DNA of 64,000 nt from a virus. Taxonomy: Duplodnaviria; Heunggongvirae; Uroviricota; Caudoviricetes. Under the pieces are notes generated by a model. That model was not told where the DNA came from and did not search any database. It worked only from the letters and a program-made list of their open reading frames with translations. Positions 45,070 through 55,328 of this stretch are shown here, piece after piece (the stretch's first letter is position 1; each line of letters starts with the position of its first letter). The stretch is taken from IMG/VR virus record IMGVR_UViG_3300012983_000030; one strand, given 5' to 3'. The position numbers and the translations under genes are program-made.

Positions 45070-45253
45070 AAAAGTATGGGTCTTATGCTACGAAGATAAT
45101 TTTGGTCAAATAGATTTGAATAATCTTTTTGGTGGTTATGATACAAAGGAACAAGCTGACGCAGCACTTAAAGAAATTACTGATAGGTTTGGTCCACAAG
45201 GCTTTGTAGTAAGACAAGTAGATTATAAACTAATTGAAGCAACCTGTGTTTGA
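45062..45253 (+). CDS. hypothetical protein
   Basis: 63-aa ORF; its start overlaps the stop of the upstream gene. Confidence 0.4.
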   Translation: MTKKVWVLCYEDNFGQIDLNNLFGGYDTKEQADAALKEITDRFGPQGFVVRQVDYKLIEATCV

Positions 45254-45265
45254 AAGGAGTAAGTA

Positions 45266-45418
45266 ATGCACAAAAGGATTAAGCGAAAATTAAAAAGAAT
45301 AGCTGATGCTTTAAAGAAAGCTTTTTTACAAAAGAAATATATAAATGAATTTCAATATAAACCACAAGAACAAATGGAATATGTTTACATACCATTAAAT
45401 ACTAAAAGAAAGGAGTAA
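45266..45418 (+). CDS. small basic protein
   Basis: About 50 aa; Shine-Dalgarno AAAGGAG. Below the ORF-track size cutoff. Confidence 0.3.
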   Translation: MHKRIKRKLKRIADALKKAFLQKKYINEFQYKPQEQMEYVYIPLNTKRKE

Positions 45419-45422
45419 TCTA

Positions 45423-45644
45423 ATGGCTAAGATATATAAAGAATATAAATGTATACCTGTTGTTGATGGATGTGGTGACAGTTGGTCAGCTCATCTTGAA
45501 TGGCAATATAACGGTGACATTGGTCTAAATGAAGATATGATTGAATCAGAACATGACATGGAAGTTGTGCAAGAAGGTACAGTCTATAATTTTAGACATG
45601 TTACAATGCGAAGTGGCAACGAACATTTTCTATTAAAGGAGTAG
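45423..45644 (+). CDS. hypothetical protein
   Basis: 73-aa ORF; Shine-Dalgarno AAAGGAG. Confidence 0.4.
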   Translation: MAKIYKEYKCIPVVDGCGDSWSAHLEWQYNGDIGLNEDMIESEHDMEVVQEGTVYNFRHVTMRSGNEHFLLKE

Positions 45645-45647
45645 AGT

Positions 45648-45989
45648 ATGAAAACATTAAATGATGTACAAATAATAATAACTGAAGATGGAGTCTCATA
45701 TAATTATAAAGGAGTACTCTTTACTAAAGAACAGTTTGAAGAACAATTTCTTCCTAAGTCTAAAAAGTTTGTGCTAATCTATACAGACTATGGTGATACA
45801 TGCGATGGTTTGGCTAGAGTATCTGGTGTATTCAATACATTCAGAGAAGCACAAATTGAAATGGATAGAGATGTTGAACAATATAAAGTAGATTGTCCTT
45901 ATATTGAAGAAGCATCTGATGATAACTATTTTGTATTAGGCGATACATTCGGTGGTTGTCAATGGCAAATCTTAGAAGTGGAGTTGTAA
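45648..45989 (+). CDS. hypothetical protein
   Basis: 113-aa ORF; Shine-Dalgarno AAGGAG. Confidence 0.4.
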   Translation: MKTLNDVQIIITEDGVSYNYKGVLFTKEQFEEQFLPKSKKFVLIYTDYGDTCDGLARVSGVFNTFREAQIEMDRDVEQYKVDCPYIEEASDDNYFVLGDTFGGCQWQILEVEL

Positions 45990-46415
45990 ATGAATAAAAC
46001 AATTTATATCCTAGCCTCTCGTTATGAGTATGATGAATGGTATGTTATCTATGCTACTTACGAAACCCTTACTGAGGCTGAAAAAAATTGGAAGAAGGAA
46101 CTTAAATCTTTCTTTAAGTATGGTCCTGATGACTGTACTTCTTTTATTTTGGCTAAGTGTGAATTGTCTGAAGAACAATTTGATAGACTCCAAGACCACA
46201 TCAAACAGTGTGATGACGATGACATGCACATTTATGATGAAGAGTTTACTACCTTCATGCGAGAAATCTTCTATGACCATGGAGATAAAATCCATTGGGA
46301 AGACTGTGATGGTGTCTTAGAAATCTATGAAAAAGCTGAAGACAAAGGTGAAGACCCTAACGATGATAAGGTCTTTACTAAATACTTTAACCAATACTTT
46401 AAACGTAATTATTAA
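45990..46415 (+). CDS. hypothetical acidic protein
   Basis: 141-aa ORF; its start overlaps the stop of the upstream gene. Confidence 0.4.
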   Translation: MNKTIYILASRYEYDEWYVIYATYETLTEAEKNWKKELKSFFKYGPDDCTSFILAKCELSEEQFDRLQDHIKQCDDDDMHIYDEEFTTFMREIFYDHGDKIHWEDCDGVLEIYEKAEDKGEDPNDDKVFTKYFNQYFKRNY

Positions 46416-46428
46416 GAAAGGAATACAT

Positions 46429-46608
46429 ATGACTGATTTATATTATACAGTTGAAGACGAAGATGGTAATTCTTGGGATGAGGATAGCAAAGAAAAAGCT
46501 ATGACTCTAGCAAGACAACTTGAAGCTGAAGGTCATCGCTGTGTTCATGTCTTTGCTTGCAGAGATGATGAAGACGGTGAACCAGAAGTTGTTAAAACAA
46601 TTTATTAA
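46429..46608 (+). CDS. hypothetical protein
   Basis: Start at ATG 46429 with AAAGGAA upstream. The ORF track began it at 46327. Confidence 0.4.
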   Translation: MTDLYYTVEDEDGNSWDEDSKEKAMTLARQLEAEGHRCVHVFACRDDEDGEPEVVKTIY

Positions 46609-46622
46609 GAAAGGAAAATAAT

Positions 46623-46814
46623 ATGGCTTGTTATAAAATAACATTTAAAGAATCTTATGAATACATAAAATTTATTGAAACAGATGATAATGAAGATATC
46701 AATGAAATAATTAGAGACCCATTACAATGTCCAAGAGTAGTTGATATGACTAATGATGAATATCAAGAACTCAATGGAATATGTGTCAATGAGTATGAAG
46801 TAGAAGAAGTCTGA
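46623..46814 (+). CDS. hypothetical protein
   Basis: 63-aa ORF; Shine-Dalgarno AAAGGAA. Confidence 0.4.
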   Translation: MACYKITFKESYEYIKFIETDDNEDINEIIRDPLQCPRVVDMTNDEYQELNGICVNEYEVEEV

Positions 46815-46874
46815 CCTCTGTAAAAATTTGCAGAGGTTTATTTTTAACCTAACCACATTAAAGGAGAACAGATC

Positions 46875-47276
46875 ATGGCTAAAATATATGATGATGGAAA
46901 TCATGAGTTTGTAGGTATGGACCTATGTGTTTACTGCGGTGAATGTAAACAATTACTATTACAAACTGAATTTTTTAGAGCAGCAAATGGTGAAATGAAA
47001 CCAAGGAAAGGAGTAAGTAAATGCCAGTCAACTAGTCCTGAACCTTGTGATAAATGTAAACAAAAGTTTAAAGAAGATGGTGTTGTACCTATGATTGCGG
47101 CACGAAGAGGATTTAATGGTAAACTTGAATTTACTAATAAATTAGTCTTTGTTCGTAGAGAATCAATCCAAGGTGAACAGTTTATAAAAATGATGGAAGA
47201 GGTTGGTTTTCTTATCATGGAAGAAGATGAGTTTGATAGAACATTTATACAAAACAAAGCACATTTGAATGCTTAG
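46875..47276 (+). CDS. hypothetical zinc-ribbon-like protein
   Basis: CVYCGEC...CDKC pattern; Shine-Dalgarno AAGGAG. Confidence 0.45.
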   Translation: MAKIYDDGNHEFVGMDLCVYCGECKQLLLQTEFFRAANGEMKPRKGVSKCQSTSPEPCDKCKQKFKEDGVVPMIAARRGFNGKLEFTNKLVFVRRESIQGEQFIKMMEEVGFLIMEEDEFDRTFIQNKAHLNA

Positions 47277-47383
47277 TGTAAAAAAATGTGTATAACTCAA
47301 ATCGTTAACTACTTATTAGTAAATCCTATTTTATAATTCAACCTGATTTATGATTATTATAATTAGGGAAAGGAGTTTATATT

Positions 47384-47857
47384 ATGACTGAAAAGAAAAG
47401 ACCACCAAAACCAACGCTTGAGGAATTAAGGAAACTTATTGCTGAAGCAAATGAAAAACTTGGACGACAACACGGTCGTGCAGGTAAAGAAAATGAAACT
47501 GAGGAACAAGAGTACAAAAGACTTTATAACAATTGGAAGTCTAGAGAATCTCGTGACCGTAAAAAGAAATTGGAAAAACACCAAGAACGTTCATACCGTG
47601 AATTACTTGGGTTTAATGCTGATGAAGATGAGTATGGAATCAGACCTGTTGATGAACGCAGATATCGTGCATGCTTTAAGTCAGCACCAATTGGTAGCAT
47701 AGTGTATAGAGACTATGTAAAAAGAATGACTGGACTAAGTAAAAATCAAATATATATAATGCAACAAAGAACTGGTCTAGTACCTCATCCCGCTGTGACT
47801 AAAAAGGAAGCAGATGCAGATGAGAAAAGACGCTGGGAAACAGGAGACTACTTCTAA
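47384..47857 (+). CDS. hypothetical basic protein
   Basis: 157-aa ORF; Shine-Dalgarno AAAGGAG. Confidence 0.45.
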   Translation: MTEKKRPPKPTLEELRKLIAEANEKLGRQHGRAGKENETEEQEYKRLYNNWKSRESRDRKKKLEKHQERSYRELLGFNADEDEYGIRPVDERRYRACFKSAPIGSIVYRDYVKRMTGLSKNQIYIMQQRTGLVPHPAVTKKEADADEKRRWETGDYF

Positions 47858-48094
47858 ATACCAGCCGAATAAAAATAAATAACCAACTAAAAATATATAA
47901 TATATAATCCATTCAATAATCATGATGAAGAGTTTTATACTTGAATGTGTAAAATACTTTTCCTTGTGGTTAGGGAAACTACCTTAGCATGTAGTTAAAC
48001 TGCTTGTCCGAGTGGAGTGTGCTTTAATGAGCTCACCAAAAAATTAGAGCACACTCTTTATTTCTAAATGTATAAACCTAAAATGGAGGCAATT

Positions 48095-48382
48095 ATGACA
48101 AAAGAAGTAAAAGTACTTAACGAAAAGCAAGTTAAAGCTTTAGTTAAAGCATATGTTGAATACAAAAAAGCTGAGAACGCTTTTAAGAAACTTAAGGATG
48201 AATTATGTAAAGATATCATTGAAGGCAAACACGAAAGTGATGTCGGATATGTATTGAAAACAACCTCTAAAAGATCTAGCTTAGATAAGACTAGATTGTT
48301 TGAGGATCATCCTGAGATCAACGAAGAAGAGTACCTAACTGAGAAGGAAGTTACTACTATCACAATACAAAACTTAAGATAA
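48095..48382 (+). CDS. hypothetical protein
   Basis: Start at ATG 48095 with a GGAGG site upstream. The ORF track began it at 48068. Confidence 0.4.
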   Translation: MTKEVKVLNEKQVKALVKAYVEYKKAENAFKKLKDELCKDIIEGKHESDVGYVLKTTSKRSSLDKTRLFEDHPEINEEEYLTEKEVTTITIQNLR

Positions 48383-48397
48383 ACAAAGGAGAGTAGT

Positions 48398-49372
48398 ATG
48401 AAAACATTCAAGCAATGGGTTGACGGGCTAAGTGAAGCAGCTCGTGACTATATTGAAAAGCGCTGTAGTGATTGGGCTGACTTTACGACAGAAGATTATT
48501 ATCGTAAAATAGACCCGAATGATACAGAGTTTTTAAGAAAATTAATTAGAGAAGCATATGGATATAATAAAGCTGATAAGTTATTATTAGCAACTTCCAT
48601 GCTGTTATTACAAAAAACTGATCCTAACTCTAAAGAAATGTTTAACACCCTCTTACAAAATAACAGTGACTATGATAATACATTATGTGCTGTTATAGGT
48701 AGAGATGCTTACAGAGAATGGTATAGAAAAAAATATGGTCAAAGACTAAGTAAGAGTATAGATTATATATTGCTTATGACTGATGACTTTGATAATATAG
48801 ATTTCAGTGAATATGATAACGGCAATTTAACTGCTGACCCAGAATACTTTGATATTTTTGGTGAAGAGTATATGCTAAACTTTCTTAAGGAAAATCCAAG
48901 ACTATTTAAGCCAACACAATTAGCTATCGATGACGAGCGCTTTGATAAGTTATTCTTTGGTGAAAACGGTTGGACCGAAGCACAAAAGAAACAAGTCATT
49001 GGTAATTATACCGGTGATGTATGGCAAATGGATGACTTCTTAGAAAGAATAGTAGCTGTAGATAAATCTTATCTTAAATATGTTTATAATATTATTTATA
49101 GAGATGCTGCAGCAGCTGCTAAATTGTATACTGCTAAGAAAGATAACTATGATGTAAATACAACCACAGTTCAACAGAGATTCAGATATTCGAAAGAATT
49201 GAGGAAACTCTTTATGATTGCAGGTTGTTGTGCAAGAGAGTCTTTACCTAAAACAAAAGCAGGTACAATTGGTGACATATCAGCATTGGTTAAGTTATAT
49301 AATTTTGACTTTAACTCAATATTTGATTGTCTATATCCAGAATTAATGGAACAACAAGTAATTATTGAATAA
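48398..49372 (+). CDS. hypothetical protein
   Basis: 324-aa ORF; Shine-Dalgarno AAAGGAG. Confidence 0.45.
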   Translation: MKTFKQWVDGLSEAARDYIEKRCSDWADFTTEDYYRKIDPNDTEFLRKLIREAYGYNKADKLLLATSMLLLQKTDPNSKEMFNTLLQNNSDYDNTLCAVIGRDAYREWYRKKYGQRLSKSIDYILLMTDDFDNIDFSEYDNGNLTADPEYFDIFGEEYMLNFLKENPRLFKPTQLAIDDERFDKLFFGENGWTEAQKKQVIGNYTGDVWQMDDFLERIVAVDKSYLKYVYNIIYRDAAAAAKLYTAKKDNYDVNTTTVQQRFRYSKELRKLFMIAGCCARESLPKTKAGTIGDISALVKLYNFDFNSIFDCLYPELMEQQVIIE

Positions 49373-49474
49373 CTTGTCCAACTAAATAGAAGGATATGCC
49401 AACCTAATAAAAAAGGTGTATCCTTCTTATACTTTAATTAAAAACCTTAACCACATATAGAAAGGAAATTTAAC

Positions 49475-50704
49475 ATGTCTAAAATTCAAGATAAATTTTT
49501 AATGCCAGAATTCACAATTGATACAATCGTTGATGAAAAAGGTAATGAGACACCAGGTATTAAACGTATGTATGATATTGCATTAGCTATCAATGACAGT
49601 ATTATGCAATGGGGTGCTCCTGGTGTTGGTAAGTCACAAGCAGTTCAACAATGGAATGCTGAAAAAGTAATTGAATATCAGAAAAGAATAGCAGCAGGTG
49701 AAAAGGTAAAACCTTGGAATCCAGATGTTTGTGATGTACGTTTAAGTATGAAAGAACCTGTTGACTTAGTTGGTGTACCAATTCCTACTAAGAATGAAAA
49801 AGGTGAAATGTGTACTGTATGGGCTACTCCTAGTATGTGGCCAAAAGATAATGGTGAGTTCGAAGGTGGTGTAATTCACTTAGATGAAATGAACCAAGGT
49901 CAAGCAGCAATTCTTAATGCAGCTTTCCAACTTATTCAAGACCGAGCTCTAGGAGAATACAAAGTACCTGAAGGTTACATTATCATTGGTTCATCTAATA
50001 CTTCAGCTTATAATAATACAGTAACTGAGTTTAGTGTTCCATTGTCTAACAGATTTAGTCACTTTAATATTAAAGCAGACTTTAATTCTTGGTTAAACTA
50101 TAGAATGAATAATGGAGGTAACCTGGATGTCATGACCTTCTTAAAGACACAAGGCTCCAATATGTTATTCGATAGTGAAACAATGAAACAGAGAGTTGGT
50201 GACTTAGCAGATGCTATGTATACTGATATTGTTGTAACACCAAGGTCATGGGAAGTAATTGAGAAATTACTGAACTTGCCAGTAGGTAATCCATCAACTG
50301 GTGGATTTAGTTTGGATGAGAAACAAAGATATGCAACCGGTCGTTTAGGATTGGCTTTGGCATCAAGATTATTCTTGTACTTGAAGGATAAAGAAAAATA
50401 TCAGGATTGGAGAGAAATTCTTATTGATGGAAAAGACTTCCGTGATGAGAATACTGAACAATTCTGGGCAGTACAGATGGCATGTATGTCTACTATCATT
50501 AATGAAAATGATGATAAGAAATGTCGTGATTATGTATTGAACTTTATCAATGCAACAAGACATCTTAAATCTAAAGCATATCAAGTAATTAATATTACTC
50601 AGTTAGTAAGAACTAAACGATTACTTGGTGCACTCCATATCTTCAATCCAATGAAAGATTGTCCAGATATGGTAATGCTGGCATCCGTATCACTTAAAAA
50701 CTAA
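49475..50704 (+). CDS. MoxR-like AAA+ ATPase
   Basis: Walker A GAPGVGKS, Walker B VIHLDEMN, sensor-like SSNTS. It has a partner protein carrying a vWA domain. Confidence 0.6.
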   Translation: MSKIQDKFLMPEFTIDTIVDEKGNETPGIKRMYDIALAINDSIMQWGAPGVGKSQAVQQWNAEKVIEYQKRIAAGEKVKPWNPDVCDVRLSMKEPVDLVGVPIPTKNEKGEMCTVWATPSMWPKDNGEFEGGVIHLDEMNQGQAAILNAAFQLIQDRALGEYKVPEGYIIIGSSNTSAYNNTVTEFSVPLSNRFSHFNIKADFNSWLNYRMNNGGNLDVMTFLKTQGSNMLFDSETMKQRVGDLADAMYTDIVVTPRSWEVIEKLLNLPVGNPSTGGFSLDEKQRYATGRLGLALASRLFLYLKDKEKYQDWREILIDGKDFRDENTEQFWAVQMACMSTIINENDDKKCRDYVLNFINATRHLKSKAYQVINITQLVRTKRLLGALHIFNPMKDCPDMVMLASVSLKN

Positions 50705-50782
50705 GAGTTGATACTAAGTAAAAAGGGACTGAGTTAAGGCTTGGTCCCTTACTAACCTAACCACAAACAGAAAGGAAACACA

Positions 50783-51289
50783 ATGACTTATGTAGTTAAA
50801 CAAGATAAAGCATACATAAAGTTTGATAGATTTGTAAGAGGAATGTCTATCGTAACTACAATGGAACCAGTTGTAAATATAATAGTAGCAACTGAGTTTG
50901 AAACAGAAAATTCAGCAAAATCAATACTTAAAGAAGCAGACTCTTGTGGATTTGATATTACTAAATGTGTAATTCATGATAGAGATGAAATAGATAAACA
51001 AGACCAAGAAAGAGCAAAAGCTGAAGCGCTTGCTATACAAAAGGAAGCCTGGGAGAATACATCAGAAAAAAGAAAGCGTGAAATGCTTAGAGCAATCCTA
51101 GATAATAATGGTCAAGAAGCTGTAGATAAGTTTCTAAAAGAAGTTGGTGATACTTCAGGTATTCAACCTGCTGAACCAGCTGAGAACGATAACTTATCCA
51201 TCCTAGATAAAGTATATCAAAATATGGAGAAACTTTTAGGTAGACCATTAACTGAGTCTGAAAAAGAAGATTTAACTAAAGGAGTTTAA
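50783..51289 (+). CDS. hypothetical protein lying between the ATPase and the vWA gene
   Basis: 168-aa ORF; Shine-Dalgarno AAAGGAA. Confidence 0.4.
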   Translation: MTYVVKQDKAYIKFDRFVRGMSIVTTMEPVVNIIVATEFETENSAKSILKEADSCGFDITKCVIHDRDEIDKQDQERAKAEALAIQKEAWENTSEKRKREMLRAILDNNGQEAVDKFLKEVGDTSGIQPAEPAENDNLSILDKVYQNMEKLLGRPLTESEKEDLTKGV

Positions 51290-51290
51290 T

Positions 51291-52646
51291 ATGGAAACAG
51301 ATGTAAAAGATTTATGGGAAAGAGCAATGATTGATTTAGTATTAGATTTTCCTATATATGCAAATCTTATTACTAGAATCGGTTGTAAAATAGTTGAGAC
51401 TCCCACAGATAGTATTGCTTGGACTGATGGTAAAGCTATCTATATAAATGCAACAACTGTTAAGAAATGGAATGAAGATCCTATTATAACTGGTGATTCA
51501 GGAAAACAATATAACAGAACAATTGGTAAAAAAGAAATGATGTTTCTTCTTTGTCATGAGTTAATGCATCTTATTGGTTTAACATTCGATAGAGGAACTG
51601 CTCTTGGTATATCAAATGTACATGAAACAAATGAAGAAGAAAGAGCAAAACAAATCCTTTGGAATAAAGCTACTGACTATGAAATTAATGCGATATTACA
51701 TACAAATGAAAGTCGTGATGCTAATGGTCGAGTAACTAGAAATCCTGTAGGTAAGATGCCAGAAGTTGGTTTATACTCATCTGAATATAGAGACATGCCA
51801 GCTGAAAAGATTTATGAACAATTATATGAAGAATATCAAAAGAATCCTGAAGGCAATAAGCAATCATTCACATTTGATGGTGACCAAACTGGTAACTCAG
51901 CAGATGGTTTAGGATGTAGCTTAGACCAACACATGCCTATCCTAGATGATGCTACACGAAGTGAAGTAATCTCTAAGATGTCAGAAGTATTTGGTTCAAC
52001 ACAAAATGGTACTGGTGAGTCAGCTATTGACAGAATGTTAGAAAGAGCATTCAAACCACAACCATTTAACTGGAGACGTGCGCTAACTAAGTACATCAGA
52101 GGTTGGATGAAAGATAATTATACTTGGAATAAACCTTCACGTGCTGGTATAGCAAATGGTTTAATCTTACCTTCTTCTGGTCGTACACCTAAAATGCACA
52201 TTGGTGTATCAGTTGATACTTCAGGTTCGATTCATGATTCAGAATTACATACAATGATGGATCATCTATTTACTATCTTACAACAATTCAAAGACTTTCA
52301 AGTTGATGTTTGGTGCTGTGGTTCAGAAGTATATCCTGAAACATTCAGAACATATACTGGACAGAACAAGAAAGACTTAGTTAACTTTGAGTTTAAGTCT
52401 GATGGTGGTAACGATATGCGTAAGAATTTTGAGTTTATCAAAAACAAATATCGTGGTGATAAATTAGATTTATTCATCTGTATGTCTGACTTTTATGATC
52501 CACTTGATGGTGATACAACAACAGTAAGTCCTTGTAATTGTATTTGGTTAGTACTAGATCATCCTGACTTTGTACCACCAAAATTGATTAAAGCAGAAAC
52601 TTATCCGTTTGTTGTTGAAAAAAGTAAAAACGATAGCAGATACTAA
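51291..52646 (+). CDS. HExxH zinc-metallopeptidase-like plus von Willebrand A domain protein (DUF2201-like MoxR partner)
   Basis: HExxH motif (LLCHELMHLIGL) in the N-terminal half and a MIDAS motif (GVSVDTSGSIHDSE) in the C-terminal half. Its start overlaps the stop of the upstream gene. Confidence 0.55.
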   Translation: METDVKDLWERAMIDLVLDFPIYANLITRIGCKIVETPTDSIAWTDGKAIYINATTVKKWNEDPIITGDSGKQYNRTIGKKEMMFLLCHELMHLIGLTFDRGTALGISNVHETNEEERAKQILWNKATDYEINAILHTNESRDANGRVTRNPVGKMPEVGLYSSEYRDMPAEKIYEQLYEEYQKNPEGNKQSFTFDGDQTGNSADGLGCSLDQHMPILDDATRSEVISKMSEVFGSTQNGTGESAIDRMLERAFKPQPFNWRRALTKYIRGWMKDNYTWNKPSRAGIANGLILPSSGRTPKMHIGVSVDTSGSIHDSELHTMMDHLFTILQQFKDFQVDVWCCGSEVYPETFRTYTGQNKKDLVNFEFKSDGGNDMRKNFEFIKNKYRGDKLDLFICMSDFYDPLDGDTTTVSPCNCIWLVLDHPDFVPPKLIKAETYPFVVEKSKNDSRY

Positions 52647-52707
52647 TACTAATAATAAGGGTTATCTGAAATATGGTAACCCTTTAGTTTCATGAAGGAG
52701 AACAAAC

Positions 52708-53559
52708 ATGAGAAGTAAATTAGTACAATATATAAAGCAGTATATCGAATATGTTAAAAGCAGAACGGATATCGAAGATACAACTAAGTCTTTCTTTATA
52801 CGAGAAATTGAAAGTCATTTTAAGTACATACTACGTGATAGAGATCCAACGAAAGTTAATCATAGTGCAAAAAGATATTCCGACTTACCAGAATACATTT
52901 GGTATGTACCACCAAAAATTCTTTTTAACATTATGCATGCTGATGATCTTGAATACATTAGTGCTCGATTATGTGCAATAGAAGATATTGATAACCCAAC
53001 AGATACTGAAATGACTTTTTTAATACGTAATGGTGTAAACTTATCACATTTAGGATTATATACATTTATTTGGGGAAAGCAAAAAACATATGAAATGATA
53101 TTTAGATGTTTACAAAAATATGATTATATTGATCTATCACGACATTGTTATGGATGTAGTATCGATGATGTTATTGATTTTCTTGCAGCAATTCCTTCAA
53201 AATTTATTAATTCAATAAATGGTTTGGATTCAGTTTTTGGTATACGTATAGGTGATATCATTAAATATGAAGAATTTGATAAGTTATGTCAAAAAAATCC
53301 AATGTATTATAAAAAGATTGGTATGTTTATTACTGATAAACGAACAAATTTTTATAAACATATAATGAGAAGATTTAATCTTAGTGATACTTATATAACC
53401 TGTCTTGCAATTAAACAGTGTTGTGACAGACATACTGTGACTGCAACAGATGAAACTGTCTTAAAAGAATATGCTGGATTAATAAGACTTTATGATTATA
53501 ACGCTGATGCAATCATAGATAATATACTTGAGAGTAAGTTAAAGGAGAATGTAAAATGA
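52708..53559 (+). CDS. hypothetical protein
   Basis: 283-aa ORF; Shine-Dalgarno GAAGGAG. Confidence 0.4.
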   Translation: MRSKLVQYIKQYIEYVKSRTDIEDTTKSFFIREIESHFKYILRDRDPTKVNHSAKRYSDLPEYIWYVPPKILFNIMHADDLEYISARLCAIEDIDNPTDTEMTFLIRNGVNLSHLGLYTFIWGKQKTYEMIFRCLQKYDYIDLSRHCYGCSIDDVIDFLAAIPSKFINSINGLDSVFGIRIGDIIKYEEFDKLCQKNPMYYKKIGMFITDKRTNFYKHIMRRFNLSDTYITCLAIKQCCDRHTVTATDETVLKEYAGLIRLYDYNADAIIDNILESKLKENVK

Positions 53560-53912
53560 AAGGAGATGATTTAAGAAAGATGGCCTGTGTCTTACAAGTC
53601 ATTCCTAAAGAAATGTTCTGGGCATACGAATCTGTTCGTCAGTCTGGTATATTTAATATGAATGGATTTACTTGGCACATGGCTGAAACACGTGTTGATG
53701 AATGTTTTGAAATAATGAAACAAACATATTATCAATATATTATAAGAGGTAACATTGATTTAGATAAAGTCAATATGCCTCATCTGACTAAAGACCATGT
53801 AAGATTTATTCAAGAATGTTATAGTGTCTGTAAAGATGGTTATGGCATTCCAGATGATCTTATTGAAATTAAACAGAAAGTATATACTGAAACAACATAT
53901 ACTTTAAAGTAA
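53556..53912 (+). CDS. hypothetical protein
   Basis: 118-aa ORF; its start overlaps the stop of the upstream gene. Confidence 0.4.
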   Translation: MKGDDLRKMACVLQVIPKEMFWAYESVRQSGIFNMNGFTWHMAETRVDECFEIMKQTYYQYIIRGNIDLDKVNMPHLTKDHVRFIQECYSVCKDGYGIPDDLIEIKQKVYTETTYTLK

Positions 53913-53923
53913 AGGAGGTTAGT

Positions 53924-54148
53924 ATGTGTGATAGTACTACTAAAAGACCTGCACCTAGACCGCAATGCTTTATCATAACAGATGAAGATACAGGTGAAAT
54001 ACAGAGATTTGAATTTTTAGCAGAGGCTGAATCTAAATATAAAGAATTACGTAAAGAAAAACCTTTACATACTTTAAATTTAGTACGCTACTTTGCTAAT
54101 TATAAAATATCTAAAACAGAACATCAAGTAATTTACAGTACAATTTAA
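53924..54148 (+). CDS. hypothetical protein
   Basis: 74-aa ORF; Shine-Dalgarno AAGGAGG. Confidence 0.4.
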   Translation: MCDSTTKRPAPRPQCFIITDEDTGEIQRFEFLAEAESKYKELRKEKPLHTLNLVRYFANYKISKTEHQVIYSTI

Positions 54149-54158
54149 AGGAGGTAAT

Positions 54159-54389
54159 ATGTGGTGGGTAATAATGTTAGTATGTTTTATGTTAGATAGT
54201 AAACCAGATGGACATAAATATATGTGGATAGTTATAGCACTTGGATGTCTTACAACTTGTTTTGAAACAGTTATAAATAGTGCCCTAGAAAGGGAACGCA
54301 CTAAAATCCTTCAAGGGCTTACCACAAGTATTACAAGTTCATCTACTAAACTATCAAATTTAGTTGGTAATCCAACCATTAAAAAGTAG
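54159..54389 (+). CDS. small membrane protein
   Basis: Two transmembrane helices; Shine-Dalgarno AAGGAGG. Confidence 0.4.
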   Translation: MWWVIMLVCFMLDSKPDGHKYMWIVIALGCLTTCFETVINSALERERTKILQGLTTSITSSSTKLSNLVGNPTIKK

Positions 54390-54426
54390 ATTATAATAGT
54401 ATAACTTTATTAAAAAGGAGTAATAT

Positions 54427-54846
54427 ATGACTAATAATGAAATCTTAAACATACTTTTGGAAAGAGGTACTGATTCTGAATCAGCAACGCATTCAGTAAA
54501 TGCACTTAATACTAAAAAGTATTTACCAATGTGGAATAATGAAGAAGGCCTCTTTCCTCATGAGGAATTAGAAAAGTATATTCGTATGAATGAATGGACT
54601 AAAGAAGACTTTAACTATGATATGGAGCTTGTACTTAAAGATACTCTGCTTCCATTCGTATTAGATATCTTCTTTGAAGTTAAAGACTTCCGTTCAGACC
54701 ATAGAAATGAATTACTTTCAACACAAGAAGTATTCGCAAGGTTATATGGATACCCATATAATACTCAAGATGAGAAAGCATTTTGTGTATTCAAATGTGC
54801 TTTCCAAGAATACTTAAATGCATCAAGACTAAATCAAGGAGAATAA
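54427..54846 (+). CDS. hypothetical protein
   Basis: 139-aa ORF; Shine-Dalgarno AAAGGAG. Confidence 0.4.
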   Translation: MTNNEILNILLERGTDSESATHSVNALNTKKYLPMWNNEEGLFPHEELEKYIRMNEWTKEDFNYDMELVLKDTLLPFVLDIFFEVKDFRSDHRNELLSTQEVFARLYGYPYNTQDEKAFCVFKCAFQEYLNASRLNQGE

Positions 54847-54848
54847 AT

Positions 54849-55022
54849 ATGAATAAATATATGGTAGTAGCTAACTTAAAATCTAATGAAAACAATAACT
54901 TAGAGATTATTGACTTCGACTTATCTAAGGAAGAAGCATTAGAGAAATTAAAGAAACTACAAAACGATGAAGACGTTGAATCTTGTCTTATCGTATCTCA
55001 TGGTGAATTTATTTATGCATAG
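54849..55022 (+). CDS. hypothetical small protein
   Basis: Start at ATG 54849 with AAGGAG upstream. The ORF track began it at 54783, inside the upstream gene. Confidence 0.35.
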   Translation: MNKYMVVANLKSNENNNLEIIDFDLSKEEALEKLKKLQNDEDVESCLIVSHGEFIYA

Positions 55023-55030
55023 GAGGAATA

Positions 55031-55303
55031 ATGAGAAATACAGATGAACTTAAAAAAATCTTTCTTGAAGAGTTAACTAACTTATTTATTGAAAATAAAC
55101 AAACTGTCTTAACATTACCAAATTTAATGAAAGACAATAATGAACAAGCACGTGACGTGTATGAATCTTTACGAAAAAAAGGTAAAGATAAGTTAGATAA
55201 ACATAATGTAACTGATGAAGAAATGAAAATAATCCAAGCTAATCAAATGGCTTGGTCAGCAGAAGTTGTTGATATTATATTCAATAACCTGAATAGTAAT
55301 TAA
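55031..55303 (+). CDS. hypothetical protein
   Basis: 90-aa ORF; Shine-Dalgarno AGGAGG. Confidence 0.4.
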   Translation: MRNTDELKKIFLEELTNLFIENKQTVLTLPNLMKDNNEQARDVYESLRKKGKDKLDKHNVTDEEMKIIQANQMAWSAEVVDIIFNNLNSN

Positions 55304-55328
55304 CCTAACCAAAACAAGGAGATCCCTA

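Noticed and set aside
46011-46320. Overlapping ORFs 46011-46295 (minus) and 46024-46320 (plus, alternate frame)
   Set aside because: Both lie within gene 45990-46415, whose frame has the Shine-Dalgarno site and a coding-like composition.
46931-47257. Minus-strand 108-aa ORF
   Set aside because: Antisense to the Cys-rich plus-strand gene 46875-47276.
47439-47702. Plus-strand alternate-frame ORF
   Set aside because: Nested out of frame in gene 47384-47857.
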